The notes under the pieces: generated by a model | Told to the model about the DNA's origin: nothing | Database searches by the model: none | What the model saw: only the letters and a program-made list of their open reading frames with translations | Part shown: positions 40,272-54,123 of the stretch, piece by piece | Position numbering within the stretch: position 1 is the stretch's first letter | Layout of the letters: each line of letters begins with the position of its first letter | Translations under genes and position numbers: made by a program | NCBI GenBank assembly: GCA_964016885.1 | Contig: OZ024755.1 | Span: forward strand, 35,154,001-35,218,000 | Direction of reading: 5' to 3' | Source: Eledone cirrhosa | Lineage: Eukaryota | Length of the DNA: 64,000 bases

Positions 40272-41169
40272 TTAAAAGGAATTAAATGTAGTGTGCAAGA
40301 CAGAGGACTCCAGGTGTACAGACATGTGATGCATATAGAAGATGGTTAATAAGGGTTTGGTGCTTTTTGTTCCACTCTTGATCACATCTGAAGCAGAATT
40401 TGATACTGCTACAAAACAAAGGTGCCTCTGATGAGATGTAGCTTCATGATTTAAACACACACACTTGTCATGTGTGTGAAACATATATGCACATTTATTT
40501 ATCAACTGACTCTAATCCTTATACCTAATGTTGCTTATATATATATGTATGTATAGTCCCGGGACTCTTGATAGAGCCATAGGGGTGCCATGTTGACACA
40601 GTGTTTCTTGGGCATTCTAAGCCTGGCGGAGCCCATCCCTCTCCAGACCTGAGTACAGCAGATATCTTCCAGAGAAAGATAGAAAGTGAGAGAGAGGAAA
40701 TGAGAAAGAGATACAGAGGGAGAATCGACCCCAGTACTAAACTGGTACTTTTTTTTTTTATTGACCTCAAAAGGATGAAAGGTAAAGTTGACCTCAGTGG
40801 GATTTGAACTCAGACAGCAGAAAGCCGGAACAAATGCCATAAAGCATTCTATCCAACGTTCCAATGACTCTGCCAATTCACCGCCATATAATGTTGCTTA
40901 TAGCATCAGTCAATTAAGAATGGTGATTTCAAAGCAACTGTTAATATGTTTGTATTGGGCAAAAATTATAGAAATACATTGTTATGATAAACACACAATT
41001 TACTCAGGAGGTATTAGGAATATTTAAAAAACATAGTTGTTCCAAATGCAAATGACTATAATAATAGTCAATCACCATAAATAATAGTTGAGAAAGTTGA
41101 GTAAAATACCCCTGCAGAATAAGAAGTGACAGAGGCCCCTGGATTGCTATGATATCTATTGTTACATGT

Positions 41170-41515
41170 GAAGGTGCATGGTTTAGGGGTAAGAGTGTCG
41201 GGCTTACAATGCTGAGGTTGTGAGTTTGATTCCCAGATCGGGATTTGCATTGTGTTCTTGAGCAAGACACTTTATTTCCCATTGCTCCAGTTCACTCAGC
41301 TGTAGAAATGAGCTGCGACGTCACTGGTGCCAAGCTGTATCGGCCATTACCTTTCCCTTGAACATCATTGGTGGCGTGGAGAGGGGAGAGTGGTATGCAT
41401 GGGCGACTATTGGTCTTCCACAAACAACCTTGCCCAGACTTGTGCCTCGAAGGGGAACTTTCTAGATGCAAATCCCATGGTCAATCATGACCTCAGGGTC
41501 TCTTTACTCTTTACC
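41170..41515 (+). mobile_element. CORE-type SINE family C
   Basis: Homologous to 39509-39846; flanking CTATTGTTA direct repeat. Confidence 0.8.
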
Positions 41516-41572
41516 CTATTGTTAAATGAATTTATTCGCACTTATAGGGATTATTTTGGTATGTCTTATTTA

Positions 41573-41872
41573 AGGTGGATTGGCAGTAATTGGTAGAGCG
41601 TCAGACACCCTGCTTTGCAGCATAGAGTTATGGCCCTTCATGATCTGAGTTCAAATCCCGCCGAAGTTAACTTTGCCTTTCATCCTTACGGGGTCGATAA
41701 AATAAAGTACCAGTAATACACTGGGGTTGATTAAATCGACTTTCCCCCTCTCCCAAAATTGCTGGCCTTGTGCCTATGTAAGAAACCATTATTTAAATGG
41801 GGTCGATAAAATAAAGTACCAGTAATTCACTGGGTAATTGCTGGCCTTGTGCCTATATAAGAAACCATTATT
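41573..41872 (+). mobile_element. Family A SINE with duplicated 3' end
   Basis: GGGGTCGATAAAATAAAGTACC...GAAACCATTATTTAAATG occurs twice. Confidence 0.8.
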
Positions 41873-42362
41873 TAAATGAAACAGCAAGGGAAGTTGCAAG
41901 TTGCGTTTACAAAAAACAGCATGGGACAGGAGACAGGATGAGTGATGGGTAATACAGAGATGAGCAACAGAAAGATGAGAGGGCAGCAACAAGGTGGTGG
42001 TGGTGGTAGTGGTGAGGGTAAGCAGTTGTAGATAGAGACTAAATAGGGGTATATTGAGTGAGAGACTTAAATGTAGACACCTCTTCTCTCTTAGCCTTGA
42101 TCACTAACACCATTAGCTTTTAGGGAATTGGTCACAGGGTTATTTACTTTGGTAAACGCCACTGCAGGCCAACCACTAACTAAATTCGATACAGGTATAA
42201 TAAGGTTAACAAACTTACTCGTGAGTGAACTGACCGAGAGCCGGTCGCCAAATAATCAGCATGGTAAATTAAATGTTATTGAGACACGAGTAACAGAATA
42301 ATGATTTCAACAGCAGAAATTAGAGATGAAATGTATGTTTATTTTTGTTGTAGCACAAATAA

Positions 42363-42541
42363 CTGTTTCTACTTTAGGCACAAGGCCAGCAATTACCAGT
42401 GCATTACTGGTACTTTATTTTATCGACCCCGTAAGGATGAAAAGCAAAGTCAACCTCGGCGGGATTTGAACTCAGATCGTAAAGGGACGTAACTATGCTG
42501 GAAATCGTGGCGTCCGACCCTCTACCGACACTGCCAATCCA
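42363..42541 (-). mobile_element. Family A SINE with TSD
   Basis: TSD AGCACAAATAA. Confidence 0.85.
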
Positions 42542-43074
42542 AGCACAAATAATGTTGATTAACTTGTATGGTTGAAGTTACACATAAAAATGAGGTTACA
42601 AAAGAGAATGCGTCATTGCACCGGAAAGTCGGCAGGTTAAGGTGCAAAATCTCGCCGTCACATGTACGTGTTGCTGGTTCGAAGTCTCAGGTGCGAGAGA
42701 GATTTTCTTCAAATCTTTGCGGGTAATTTCTCTCTCAGGACGCGTAGGGATACATCCTCTTCTGCTGGCGCTGATTGGCTGAGCTGAGCCAAATCACGCA
42801 CAGAGAACGCATGTGAGCCCGCGGAATGTAGGTCACTACAAGCTGTTCCTTTTGCTAGCCTTGCACAGATGGATGGGTTTCCTCCAGCAATACTTGTCAC
42901 CAATCATCATGGCCCTTTAACCTCCCTGTCATGAAGCTCAGCACCCTCAGATTAGTCTCCATCACTTCATCTCATGTATTCCTGTGTCTTTCTCTTCAAC
43001 TGATTCTATTCACTTTGAGCACTTTGCATTTATTTATACAACTGTCATCCTCCATACCGTCTTCTTGCATATTT

Positions 43075-43257
43075 TCTCTCTCTCTCGTTCTCTCTCTCTG
43101 TAAATACAAACACACACATACATACATACACACATACATACATACAGACACACACACACACACACACATACAGACACACACACACACACACATACATATA
43201 CACACATACTTATACACACACACACCCATACATATACACACACACACACACATATAT

Positions 43258-43290
<33 letters not shown>

Positions 43291-43565
43291 CATACACACA
43301 TACATATACACACATATATATATACAGACACACACACACATACATATACACATACTTATACACACACACACCCATACATATACACACGCACACACATATA
43401 TATACATACACACACATACTTATATATATATACACATACGCACACACACACACACCCATACATATACACACACATATATATATACATACACACACTTATA
43501 CACACACACATACACACATACATACATATACACACATACACACATACATATATATATATACACAG

Positions 43566-43600
<35 letters not shown>
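43075..43600. repeat. (CA)n/(TACA)n microsatellite
   Basis: Direct reading; preceded by a short degenerate minus-strand RTE fragment at about 42960-43060. Confidence 0.9.
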
Positions 43601-44670
43601 TGTGGTGGGGATAAGGAAAGAATTATTATATTGCCTTTGCCTCACAAAGTTCAGGATTTCCCTTAACTATTTTAAGATAGAAGGACAGCAAGCTAGTGTG
43701 AACACCTCTTACTCACATCTTTGAAATGCAATTATCTCTGTTACTAAAGATAAAGTTTGATATATAAATATATCTGATGGATTTCACCCATCTGATGAAA
43801 CACAATTATCAACAGGCTTCTATTCTTCCTGAGTGAAGTAAGAAGAAGCCCAAAGCTATTTTGAAATCAGCATTAGATGTAATAAGGAATGTCTCTTTCA
43901 ATATGATATTATATTCACAGCCAGACCAACTTTAGAAATACATGAAATACATGTATATTTTTTCATATATATATATATCTAAATATATATTTGCTTCATA
44001 ACTCTTTTGCCATTTCCCCAACCAATCTTCATCGGAAATATTTTAAAATACAAATATTAGAAATATGAAAAATAAAAACAAAAAGAAAAAAAAACAAGCA
44101 AACTTAAACAAAAACTTATTTAAAATAAACTGAGTAAATAAACTGGAGAAATTGAAAATTGAAATATTTTTGAAGTAGATTTAACAAATCTGTAAAAATT
44201 TCAAATGTAATTCACAGGTTGATATTCATATAGAATTGTATGAGACTTTCTTCCTGTAGGCTATTTAAACTCTGAATATTCAACATAATGTATTAGATTT
44301 TAGCTGATGTTGTATATATGTTGTGTTGTTACAATGTTGAGTCGAGGATAAGCAGCTTCACTTGCTATTCAATTATTTTTTTTTTCTTCTTATCCTTCCA
44401 ATATTTGAAATGATGGCTATTCAAATATATAATCAAAGAGTCAATAGCTAAAATATTCAGGTTGTTAGATTTCAGCTAGAAACCATGAAACATTTATCAA
44501 GACTCAATCAGGAACTGTAAAAATAAAATGTGAGTTTGGCTCAGTTACAGTGCTGAGTTAGATTAATAGATTTTAGAATAAATTCAGGCAAGTTCAGGCG
44601 ATTATTGTTTGAAACTCACTGATTATAGGATCAAATTTGTCATAAGCTTGGTATTATTTTCATAGGAATT

Positions 44671-44860
44671 GGCGGAGGATTGGCAGTATCGGTAGAGGGT
44701 CGGACGCCATGCTTTGACGTATAGAGTTACGGCCCTTGCCATTCTGAGTTCAAATCCCGCCGAGGTTAACTTTGCCTTTCATCTTTACAGGGTCGATAAA
44801 ATAAAGTACCAGTAATACACTGGCATATAATTGCTGGCCTTGTGCCACACATAGAAACAA
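44671..44860 (+). mobile_element. Family A SINE with TSD
   Basis: TSD ATTATTTTCATAGGAA at 44653-44668 and 44860-44875. Confidence 0.9.
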
Positions 44861-45142
44861 TTATTTTCATAGGAAAGCAATATCACTCTACTTGCCATAC
44901 TATATAGTTTTTTTCTAAAATTCAGCACAATACACACATATAGGTCTTCTTAATGAGAGTTGACAGTAACATAATAAGGATTTCTAATTTATGTACAAAG
45001 CCAGCAATTTCTGGGGAGGGGAAAGTCGATAATATCAAATCGGCAGTTTACTGGTATTTTATTTTATAAGCTTTGAAAGGATTAAAGGCAATATTGACCT
45101 TGGCAGGACTTCAACTCAGAATATAAAGAATCTGAACTATTC

Positions 45143-46590
45143 CTTAGCATATGAAACAAATATTGCTAAGCATATAGAACAAATATTGCTAAGCATATAG
45201 AACAAATATTGCTAAGCATATAGAACAAATGTTGCAACGATATCTTTGGGACAAATATTGATAAGCTTATGGAACAAATATTGCTAAGTATATAGAACAA
45301 ATATTGCTAAGCATATAGAACAAATATTGCTAAGCATATAGAACAAGTATTGCTAAGCATATAGAACAAATGTTGCAACGATATCTTTGGGACAAATATT
45401 GATAAGCTTATGGAACAAATATTGCTAAGTATATAGAACAAATATTGCTAAGCATATAGAACAAATATTGCTAAGCATATAGAACAAGTATTGCTAAGCA
45501 TATAGAACAAATGTTGCAACGATATCTTTGGGACAAATATTGATAAGCTTATGGAACAAATATTGCTAAGTATATAGAACAAATATTGCTAAGCATATAG
45601 AACAAATATTGCTATGCATATAGAACAAATATTGATAAGCATATAGAACAAATATTGCTAAGTATATAGAACAAATATTGCTAAGCATATAGAACAAATA
45701 TTGCTAAGCATATAGAACAAATATTGATAAGCATATAGAACAAATATTGCTAAGCATATAGAACAAATATTGCTAAGCATATAGAACAAATATTGCTAAG
45801 CATATAGAACAAATATTGCTAAGCATATAGAACAAATATTGCTAAGCATATAGAACAAATATTGCTAAGCATATAGAACAAATATTGCTAAGCATATAGA
45901 ACAAATATTGCTAAGCATATAGAACAAATATTGCTAAGCATATAGAACAAATATTGCTAAGCATATAGAACAAATATTGCTAAGCATATAGAACAAATAT
46001 TGATAAGCATATAGAACAAATATTGATAAGCATATAGAACAAATATTGCTAAGCATATAGAACAAATATTGCTAAGCATATAGAACAAATATTGATAAGC
46101 ATATAGAACAAATAATTGTTTCTACTTTAGGCACAAGGCCAGCAATTACCCAGTGCATCACTGGTACTTTATTTTATCGACCCCGTAAGGATGAAAGGCA
46201 AAGTCAACCTCGGCGGGATTTGAATTCAGATCGTAAAGGGACGTAACTATGCTGGAAAGCATGGCGTCCGACCCTCTACCAATACTGCCAATAATGCAAA
46301 GATATCTTTGGGACAAATATTGCTAAGCATATGGGACAAATATTGATAAGCATATAGAACAAATATTGCTAAGCATATAGAACAAATATTGCTAAGATAT
46401 CTTTGGGAGAAATATTGCTAAGCATATAAAACAAATATTGCTAAGCATATAAAACAAATATTGCTAAGCATATAAAACAAATATTGCTAAGCTTATAAAA
46501 CAAATATTGCTAAGCATATAAAACAAATATTGCTAAGCTTATAAAACAAATATTGCTAAGCTTATAAAACAAATATTGCTAAGCATATGT
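45143..46590. repeat. 23-bp minisatellite with a 141-bp higher-order block, expanded inside a SINE
   Basis: Unit GAACAAATATTGCTAAGCATATA; variant GTTGCAACGATATCTTTGGG at 45231, 45372 and 45513. Confidence 0.95.
46112..46291 (-). mobile_element. Family A SINE inserted in the 23-bp array
   Basis: Near full-length minus-strand copy. Confidence 0.9.
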
Positions 46591-46623
46591 CTGACACTCT
46601 AACGGCTCTGCCAATTCACTTAA

Positions 46624-46857
46624 CCGTTTAGCATTTAAGCCGGCTGTATCCAGCCATAACCAGCTGCTCATCTTTATGTTAAGGTATTGTTCTTGAAATA
46701 AATAATATCAAAATCTCATAGATTCGATATTATGTGAGATAAAGCCTTTACCATGAAAATACAATAATATATATAGAGTAATATAAATGGTATGTGAGGT
46801 AAAGCCTTTACTGTGAAAATACAATAGTATATATAGAGTAATGTAAATGGTAATGGG
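46624..46857 (+). mobile_element. piggyBac-type MITE with internal duplication
   Basis: TTAA flanks; the 3' subterminal segment is repeated. Confidence 0.75.
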
Positions 46858-47410
46858 TTAAATATTTAGTGTTGAAGAATGATATCTGCTGGTATATCCT
46901 AGTCTAGTTGCAGCTAACAATTTCTATACATGTTTCTTTCTCAGGAACACCAATCTAGTCAAAGCTATCATGTTCCATATAAAACTTATCCTTAAATATA
47001 TCAGATGACTACTACATATATATACTGCATCTTTTGCCCGTCACATTTAACCCTTTTAATATTAATCTATGTAAAACTGGCCCTGGTTCTACAAAACAAA
47101 TACGCAAGTTTTTATAGTGACCACCGCTGCCGCAACCACCACCCCTGCTACCAGATGGGTTGGATTGACCCATTGTGCTCATATGTTCTATATTTTGCAT
47201 GGTATATATGACTGGATACCCTTCCTAATGTTAACCACCTTACAGGATGTACTTGTTGCATTTCTTCGTGGCAACCCACTACCAATTTACACATTGTGCT
47301 AGGTGCATTTTTTCATAACACCAACAATTGCACATTACAGAGTTTAATAAGTGCATTTTATTGTTGCACCAGCACTAGAGGCATCTGTATTTATTATTTT
47401 CAACTAATAT

Positions 47411-47597
47411 AATTGTTTCTACTTCAGGCACAAGGCCAGCAATTACCCAGTGCATTACTGGTATTTTATTTTATCGACCCCGTAAGGATGAAAGGCAAAG
47501 TAAACCTCGGCGGGATTTGAACTCAGACCATAAAGGGACGTAACTATGCAGGAAAGCATGGCGTCCGACTCTCTACTGATACTGCCAATCCACCGCC
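47411..47597 (-). mobile_element. Family A SINE with TSD
   Basis: TSD ACTAATATAAT. Confidence 0.9.
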
Positions 47598-47670
47598 CTA
47601 CTAATATAATGGTTTTATTTAGAACCGTTTCAAATACACAGTTAATGTGTTGTGGGAAATAAATATATAG

Positions 47671-47912
47671 ATGTACACCAGGTCCGAACAAACTTCCACT
47701 GTCATTGCCTCTGTCTCTCCAACCGGCAAGAGACCCAGGGGTAGACCCCGAGCAAGATGGTTGGATAAGATCCATGAGCTTGGTTGGTCATGCTTGGGGA
47801 TCCAGTCAGATCAGTTGGAGATGGTAGATTCTGACAGGACCCACTTGAGGGAGTATTTGAGGACTCTGTTCCTATGATCTTCTCAGGAATAAGTTGGCAA
47901 TGAAGAAGAAGA
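47671..47912 (+). mobile_element. RTE LINE 3' fragment (third family)
   Basis: GKRPRGRPRARWLD motif and (GAA)n tail; relatives at about 36400-36560, 50480-50590 and 63660-64000. Confidence 0.75.
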
Positions 47913-48125
47913 AAAACAAGGTATTTGCTATACGGCTGAAATAACAACCAAATTTCCCTCAAATCTCTTCCTATTATTTTAAAATGTAAACACATTGAAT
48001 ATTGTATTCCTAGATATACTGTGTCTGACAAAAAGATAGACTGGTTATAGCAGTGAATAATAGTTTGTTGCTGGATCAGAGCAAAACTGATTAAGCAATA
48101 GCTCATATCTTCCATCATTTCTCTA

Positions 48126-48332
48126 TTGGCAGAATTGGTAGAGCATCAGACACCATGCTTTGCAGCAGAGAGTTATGGCCCGTTACACTCTGAGTTCAAA
48201 TCCTGCCAAGGTTAGCTTTCCATTTCATCCTTATGGCGTCGATAAAATTAACCAGTAATGCACTGGGGTCAATTTAATCGACTTTCCCCTCCCCTTAAAA
48301 TTGCTGGCCTTGTGTCTATAGTAAAAACAATT
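48126..48332 (+). mobile_element. Family A SINE
   Basis: Head and central domain. Confidence 0.8.
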
Positions 48333-50350
48333 CTATTCCCCCTCATTAAAATTATTCTCACCACCACCTTCATCTGGCACTTAGCACTTTCTGCAATCTT
48401 TACACTCTGAAACTTTTCCCCTGAAAATCTCCTATTTCTTAAATTTTCCTATCAAACTTTAACATGAAAATGAACTTAATATTTATACAAATAAAAGGGT
48501 CTAAAAACATTATGTATACCACTTCCACAACTTAATAACACTAAATCTGCAAACACCATTTATATTTGAAGAACAATGTGACCTCTCATATAGAAATATA
48601 TGAATGAAATAAATAATCTTGTAAGGACAATCATCATTTGCGTGCGTGGTTATGTATTTGGACATTAATAACTATGTTATGTTTATAACGTAGTGTGATA
48701 GTAACAAAGCATGTACAGTTGATAATAGGACACAGAGAGTTAGTTTGGTTGAGCTATTAGTTAAGTTGATAAATGAGCAGAAGTTCAATAGTTATAAAAC
48801 AGCTTTTCAACTCTAAGTGGGTTTATCCCAAGTTATGACACTGTCCAATATGTCACACACCCTCACAAGTTTGAGAGGCTGAATATATTGGTATTCTATT
48901 GGAATATGGATGCTGGTGTGAACTCGATAAAAATTCTTTGAGTATAATTTTAAAAAGCAGTACACTGTTTATAGTATTGATAATGTACAGCTATAAGCCA
49001 AACCATTTCCATGTATTACAAGTATATAGATTTAGTAATTAGGAAGAGTGAACTAATTTTACTACTACGTGAAGGTTCGTGACCTAGTGGTAAGGGTGTT
49101 GGACTGACGATCATAATGTCATGGGATCAATTCTTGGACTGGGTTGAGTGTTGTGTTCTTCAGCAAAACTTAATTTCTTAACAATTTTTTTCCTTTCAAA
49201 ATATTTTCAGAAATCACAATCTTATTTATATTTTAAAATCACATTTATTTGTAATAAAGTCTTGTTAAAAACTTCAGGTTCCTGTATTGCAATAAACACT
49301 GCACTGTGTACATTAAACAATTCTTTCTTTTGATAACTACTATAATGATAAGTTGAGCTTTCAGAAAAGTAATTTCAATAATTTCTACTATGAACATTTT
49401 TATATTTCTCTAATCATTAAATCTCATTTGGATCAGAAATTGATCATTCCTGATAAAAATCTTCATTTTATTTAGCCCCGAGCTCCTCTATAAAGGGCAC
49501 AAGAAAGATTGATTTAATCATTTTTTTTGTATATTGACTGTTATTTATTGCACTAATATGACTGCAATATATAACAATATTGAAAATGGTAGAATTGCAA
49601 CTAAAAATCACTTTATTTATTAAATCAATAATTTCATTAAGTCTCGGTTATGCAATCTTAGTGTGCACCTAATTAGAAAGAGAAGGTAACCAGGCTTGTG
49701 GATAAAACTTGTAAAAGATTAGTGTCACATCCAGTCTCATCCAACCTCTCTCTATATATATCACCATTAGCAACATCATCATTTAACGTCCATCTTCCAC
49801 AGTAGCATGGGTTAGACAGTTTTGTTCCATTTGATACAGGATTGGTCAGGAGACTCTCGCTTGTAGGGAAGTGACTCTGGCAAGTTTTCTACGGCTGGAT
49901 GCCCTTTCTAAAACAAACCACATTTACAGTGTGGACTGGGAGCCTTTTCACCGTGTCTTCTACACGACCACTTTACAGTGTGGACTGGGTTTGGGTTACC
50001 GAGTCTCCTACACAGATATATATATATATATCATCATCATGAAACTCATCGTTTAACATCCATCTTCCATGCTAGCATGGGTAGGACAGGTTGACCCTTA
50101 GAGAGAGAATCAGATCAGAGACATTTGACTGTTAGGGAAAAAATCAGGTAAAAGACATTTGCTTAAGATGTCATGTAGTGGAATCAAAGCTAGAACCTGA
50201 TAATTGTACAACATTTAATAACCATTCTGCATTCATTTGCCCAGAGTGTTTAATTTAACAGAAAATGGCAAAACATTTTCTACATGATACTAGTAATTAT
50301 TTTGAGTGGGATGATTTTGGTAAAGAAATTAACATTAACTTTCCAAAGTA

Positions 50351-50464
50351 TCGGAGCTGTGATCTCATGGGCATGTGGTTAAAATGTCTCATGAAAGTGT
50401 GTGACTCTCTAGTGATTCTTTCTGGAGACATTTTAACCACATGCCCATGGGATCACAGCTCCGA
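50351..50464. repeat. Isolated hairpin, 40-bp arms with one mismatch
   Basis: TCGGAGCTGTGATCTCATGGGCATGTGGTTAAAATGTCTC and its reverse complement at 50425-50464. Confidence 0.85.
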
Positions 50465-51777
50465 GATTTTATAGGTGAAAACAGCAGGTAGAAGACCCAG
50501 GGGTAGAGCCCAAGAAAGATGGTTGGATAACATCGATGAGCTTGGCTGGTCTCACTTGGGGATCCAGCCAGCTCAGTTGGAGACAGTTGCAGAGTACCAG
50601 TAATGCACTGGGTTCGATTTCATTGACTTCCCCCCCCCCAAAAAAAAAAATTGTTGGCCTTGTGCCTAAATCAGAAAGCACTATTATTATTATTATTAGT
50701 AGTAGTAGTAGTAATAAGGGTGTTGGATTGGCAGTATCAGTAGCGCGCCGGAACCCTGCTTCACAGCAGAGAGTTATACCTCTTTTATGGTCTGAGTTCA
50801 AATCTCACCGAGGTTAACTTTGCCTTTTATCCTTATGTGGTCAATAAATAAAGTACCAGTAATGTACTGGGATAATTGACTTTTCCTTCCCCCATAAATT
50901 GTTGGCCTTATGCCTAAAGTAGAAACAAATAAATAGTAGCAACAGCAGCGGTTGTTGTTGTTGTTGCAGTTGCTGTTTTAGTATTTTGGTGCAGGTCTGC
51001 CCTGACTGAACAGGCCTATAATAGAATGCATTCAAGTCATGAACACACTGTTTTTATAACTCTTGGACCATGTTTTTATAACTCTTGGACCATGCAGCCC
51101 ATAAACAAATAGGGATGGATTTAATGGAGATTTAGCTGCTAATTCTAGATCAACTGACTACATGAAGGACTCCTCATTGCTTTAAAAAAGGTTAAGTGAT
51201 TGTCAATGGTGAAAGTATAATCTTCTAAAGTCATATATAGATTCTCTGAGGATATCATAGCTTGGAATTGTGCTGAAAATATGTGTTCTAATTAGCTAAT
51301 TTAAAACCCCAAATAGATTATTCAGAAATTTATATGAAATATATTGAATAATACTGTTTGAGGTATAGAAACTAATATCCCAGGTGAGATTAAGGGAAGT
51401 ATTTTTGATGAATACACAAAGATCATTTATATTAAAATGAATAATAAATTTTTCTAGATGAAATTTATGGCTATTTTTGCATGCATACATTACTCTCTGT
51501 TATTCAGCAATGTGTCTCACCATATTAAATTGTTGAACCAGCCAGAAGCCTCTATATAGTTGTCTGACAGGCTAGAAACAGCAGCCAAAGCCCCTTCAAA
51601 CTACACCCTACTGTTTGATGAAAGAGCACATCATATTGGATAATATAGTTCTTTTTCTTAATTCTATAAAATCATATTGCTATGTCATTAGAATGTCTAA
51701 AGAAAGAATCATTGGACAGATTTTATGGGCAAAGCCAGCCAGCAGGAGACCTGAAGGTAGACCATTCTTCTTGTCAC

Positions 51778-53519
51778 GTCCACAAGAGTGTCAGTTACAA
51801 AGCTTGGCTAGATGTGGTTCTACCACAGCTGAACACATTGCTGTCCTTGTGTCCACAGGAGTGTCAGTTACAAAGCTTGGCTAGATGTGGTTCTACCACA
51901 GCTGACCACATTGTTGTCCTTGTGTCCACAAGAGTGTCAGTTACAAAGCTTGGCTAGATGTGGTTCTGTCACAGCTGACCACATTGTTGTCCTTGTGTCC
52001 ACAAGAGTGTCAGTTACAAAGCTTGGCTAGATGTGGTTCTGTCACAGCTGAACACATTGTTGTCCTTGTGTCCACAAGAGTGTCAGTTACAAAGTTTGGC
52101 TAGATGTGGTTCTGTCACAGCTGAACACATTGCTGTCCTTGTGTCCACAAGAGTGTCAGTTACAAAGCTTGGCCAGATGTGGTTCTACCACAGCTGACCA
52201 CATTGTTGTCCTTGTGTCCACAAGAGTGTCAGTTACAAAGCTTGGCCAGATGTGGTTCTACCACAGCTGAACACATTGTTGTCCTTGTGTCCACAAGAGT
52301 GTCAGTTACAAAGCTTGGCTAGATGTGGTTCTACCACAGCTGACCACATTGTTGTCCTTGTGTCCACAAGAGTGTCAGTTACAAAGCTTGGCCAGATGTG
52401 GTTCTACCACAGCTGAACACATTGTTGTCCTTGTGTCCACAAGAGTGTCAGTTACAAAGCTTGGCTAGATGTGGTTCTACCACAGCTGACCACATTGTTG
52501 TCCTTGTGTCCACAAGAGTGTCAGTTACAAAGCTTGGCTAGATGTGGTTCTGTCACAGCTGACCACATTGTTGTCCTTGTGTCCACAAGAGTGTCAGTTA
52601 CAGAGTTTGGCTAGATGTGGTTCTACCACAGCTGAACACATTGTTGTCCTTGTGTCCACAAGAGTGTCAGTTACAAAGTTTGGCTAGATGTGGTTCTGTC
52701 ACAGCTGAACACATTGCTGTCCTTGTGTCCACAAGAGTGTCAGTTACAAAGCTTGGCCAGATGTGGTTCTACCACAGCTGACCACATTGTTGTCCTTGTG
52801 TCCACAAGAGTGTCAGTTACAAAGCTTGGCCAGATGTGGTTCTACCACAGCTGAACACATTGTTGTCCTTGTGTCCACAAGAGTGTCAGTTACAAAGCTT
52901 GGCTAGATGTGGTTCTACCACAGCTGACCACATTGCTGTCCTTGTGTCCACAAGAGTGTCAGTTACAAAGGTTGGCCAGATGTGGTTCTACCACAGCTGA
53001 ACACATTGCTGTCCTTGTGTCCACAAGAGTGTCAGTTACAGATCTTGGCTAGATGTGGTTCCACCACAGCTGAACACATTGTTGTCCTTGTGTCCACAAG
53101 AGTGTCAGTTACAGAGCTTGGCTAGATGTGGTTTAGCCACAGCTGAACACGTTGTCCTTGTGTCCACAAGAGTGTCAGTTACAAAGCTTGGCTAGATGTG
53201 GTTTAGCCACAGCTGAACACGTTGTCCTTGTGTCCACAAGAGTGTCAGTTACAAAGCTTGGCCAGATGTGGTTCTACCACAGCTGAACACATTGCTGTCC
53301 TTGTGTCCACAAGAGTGTCAGTTACAGAGCTTGGCTAGATGTGGTTTAGCCACAGCTGAACACATTGTTGTCCTTGTGTCCACAAGAGTGTCAGTTACAA
53401 AGCTTGGCTAGATGTGGTTCTACCACAGCTGAACACATTGCTGTCCTTGTGTCCACAAGAGTGTCAGTTACAGAGCTTGGCTAGATGTGGTTCTACCACA
53501 GCTGAACACATTGCTGCCC
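51778..53519. repeat. 73-bp tandem satellite, about 24 copies
   Basis: Unit GTCCACAAGAGTGTCAGTTACAAAGCTTGGCTAGATGTGGTTCTACCACAGCTGAACACATTGCTGTCCTTGT. Confidence 0.95.
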
Positions 53520-53902
53520 TTTCTGCAGCTTTCCGTGTTGCTTGTGGCAGTGATAGGATTAGCAATATCTTGTTGATCTTATCAATACTCTCAGTGCCTC
53601 AGCGTAGACACCCCTATCTTGACCCTGGATAATATAGTGATAGATACACTAGTCTTGTAAGAAAGAAATGCTAGAATGATTTAAGTATGGCATAGGTATA
53701 CCATATCCGTGTGTATTGTAACAGGTAACTAAAGAGGTTGGTGCTGAGAAGGGTTTCTGGCTGTAAAACATTCTCAAGTATTAACTGGTCATATCCGGTC
53801 ACAATTCTCCCACCCCTTTTCAACACCAACCTCTTTAATTGCTTGTTATAATACACAGGTATATGGTATACCTATTCTAAACTAGATACATAGAGAGCTT
53901 AA

Positions 53903-54123
53903 CCCTTTAGCATTTACACTACTCTATATTTACTATTGTATTTTCACAGTAAATACTTTATTTCAAATAATTATCTGACATAATATCGAATCTATGAGAT
54001 TTTGATATTATCCATTTTGAGAACAATACCTTAACATCAGTATAAGCAGCCAGTTATGGTCGATTTGAACAGAAGGAGGTGAAATAATTATGGCTGGATA
54101 TGGTAGGTTAAAATGCTAAAGGG
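53903..54123 (-). mobile_element. piggyBac-type MITE
   Basis: TTAA|CCCTTTAGCATTT...AAATGCTAAAGGG|TTAA. Confidence 0.85.

Noticed and set aside
42600-42903. GC-rich island with a 64-aa minus-strand ORF as a host exon
   Set aside because: No recognisable domain, a non-ATG start and no convincing splice sites; left unclassified.
51778-53519. CRISPR array
   Set aside because: Units are contiguous near-identical tandem repeats with no unique spacers, there are no cas genes, and the context is eukaryotic.
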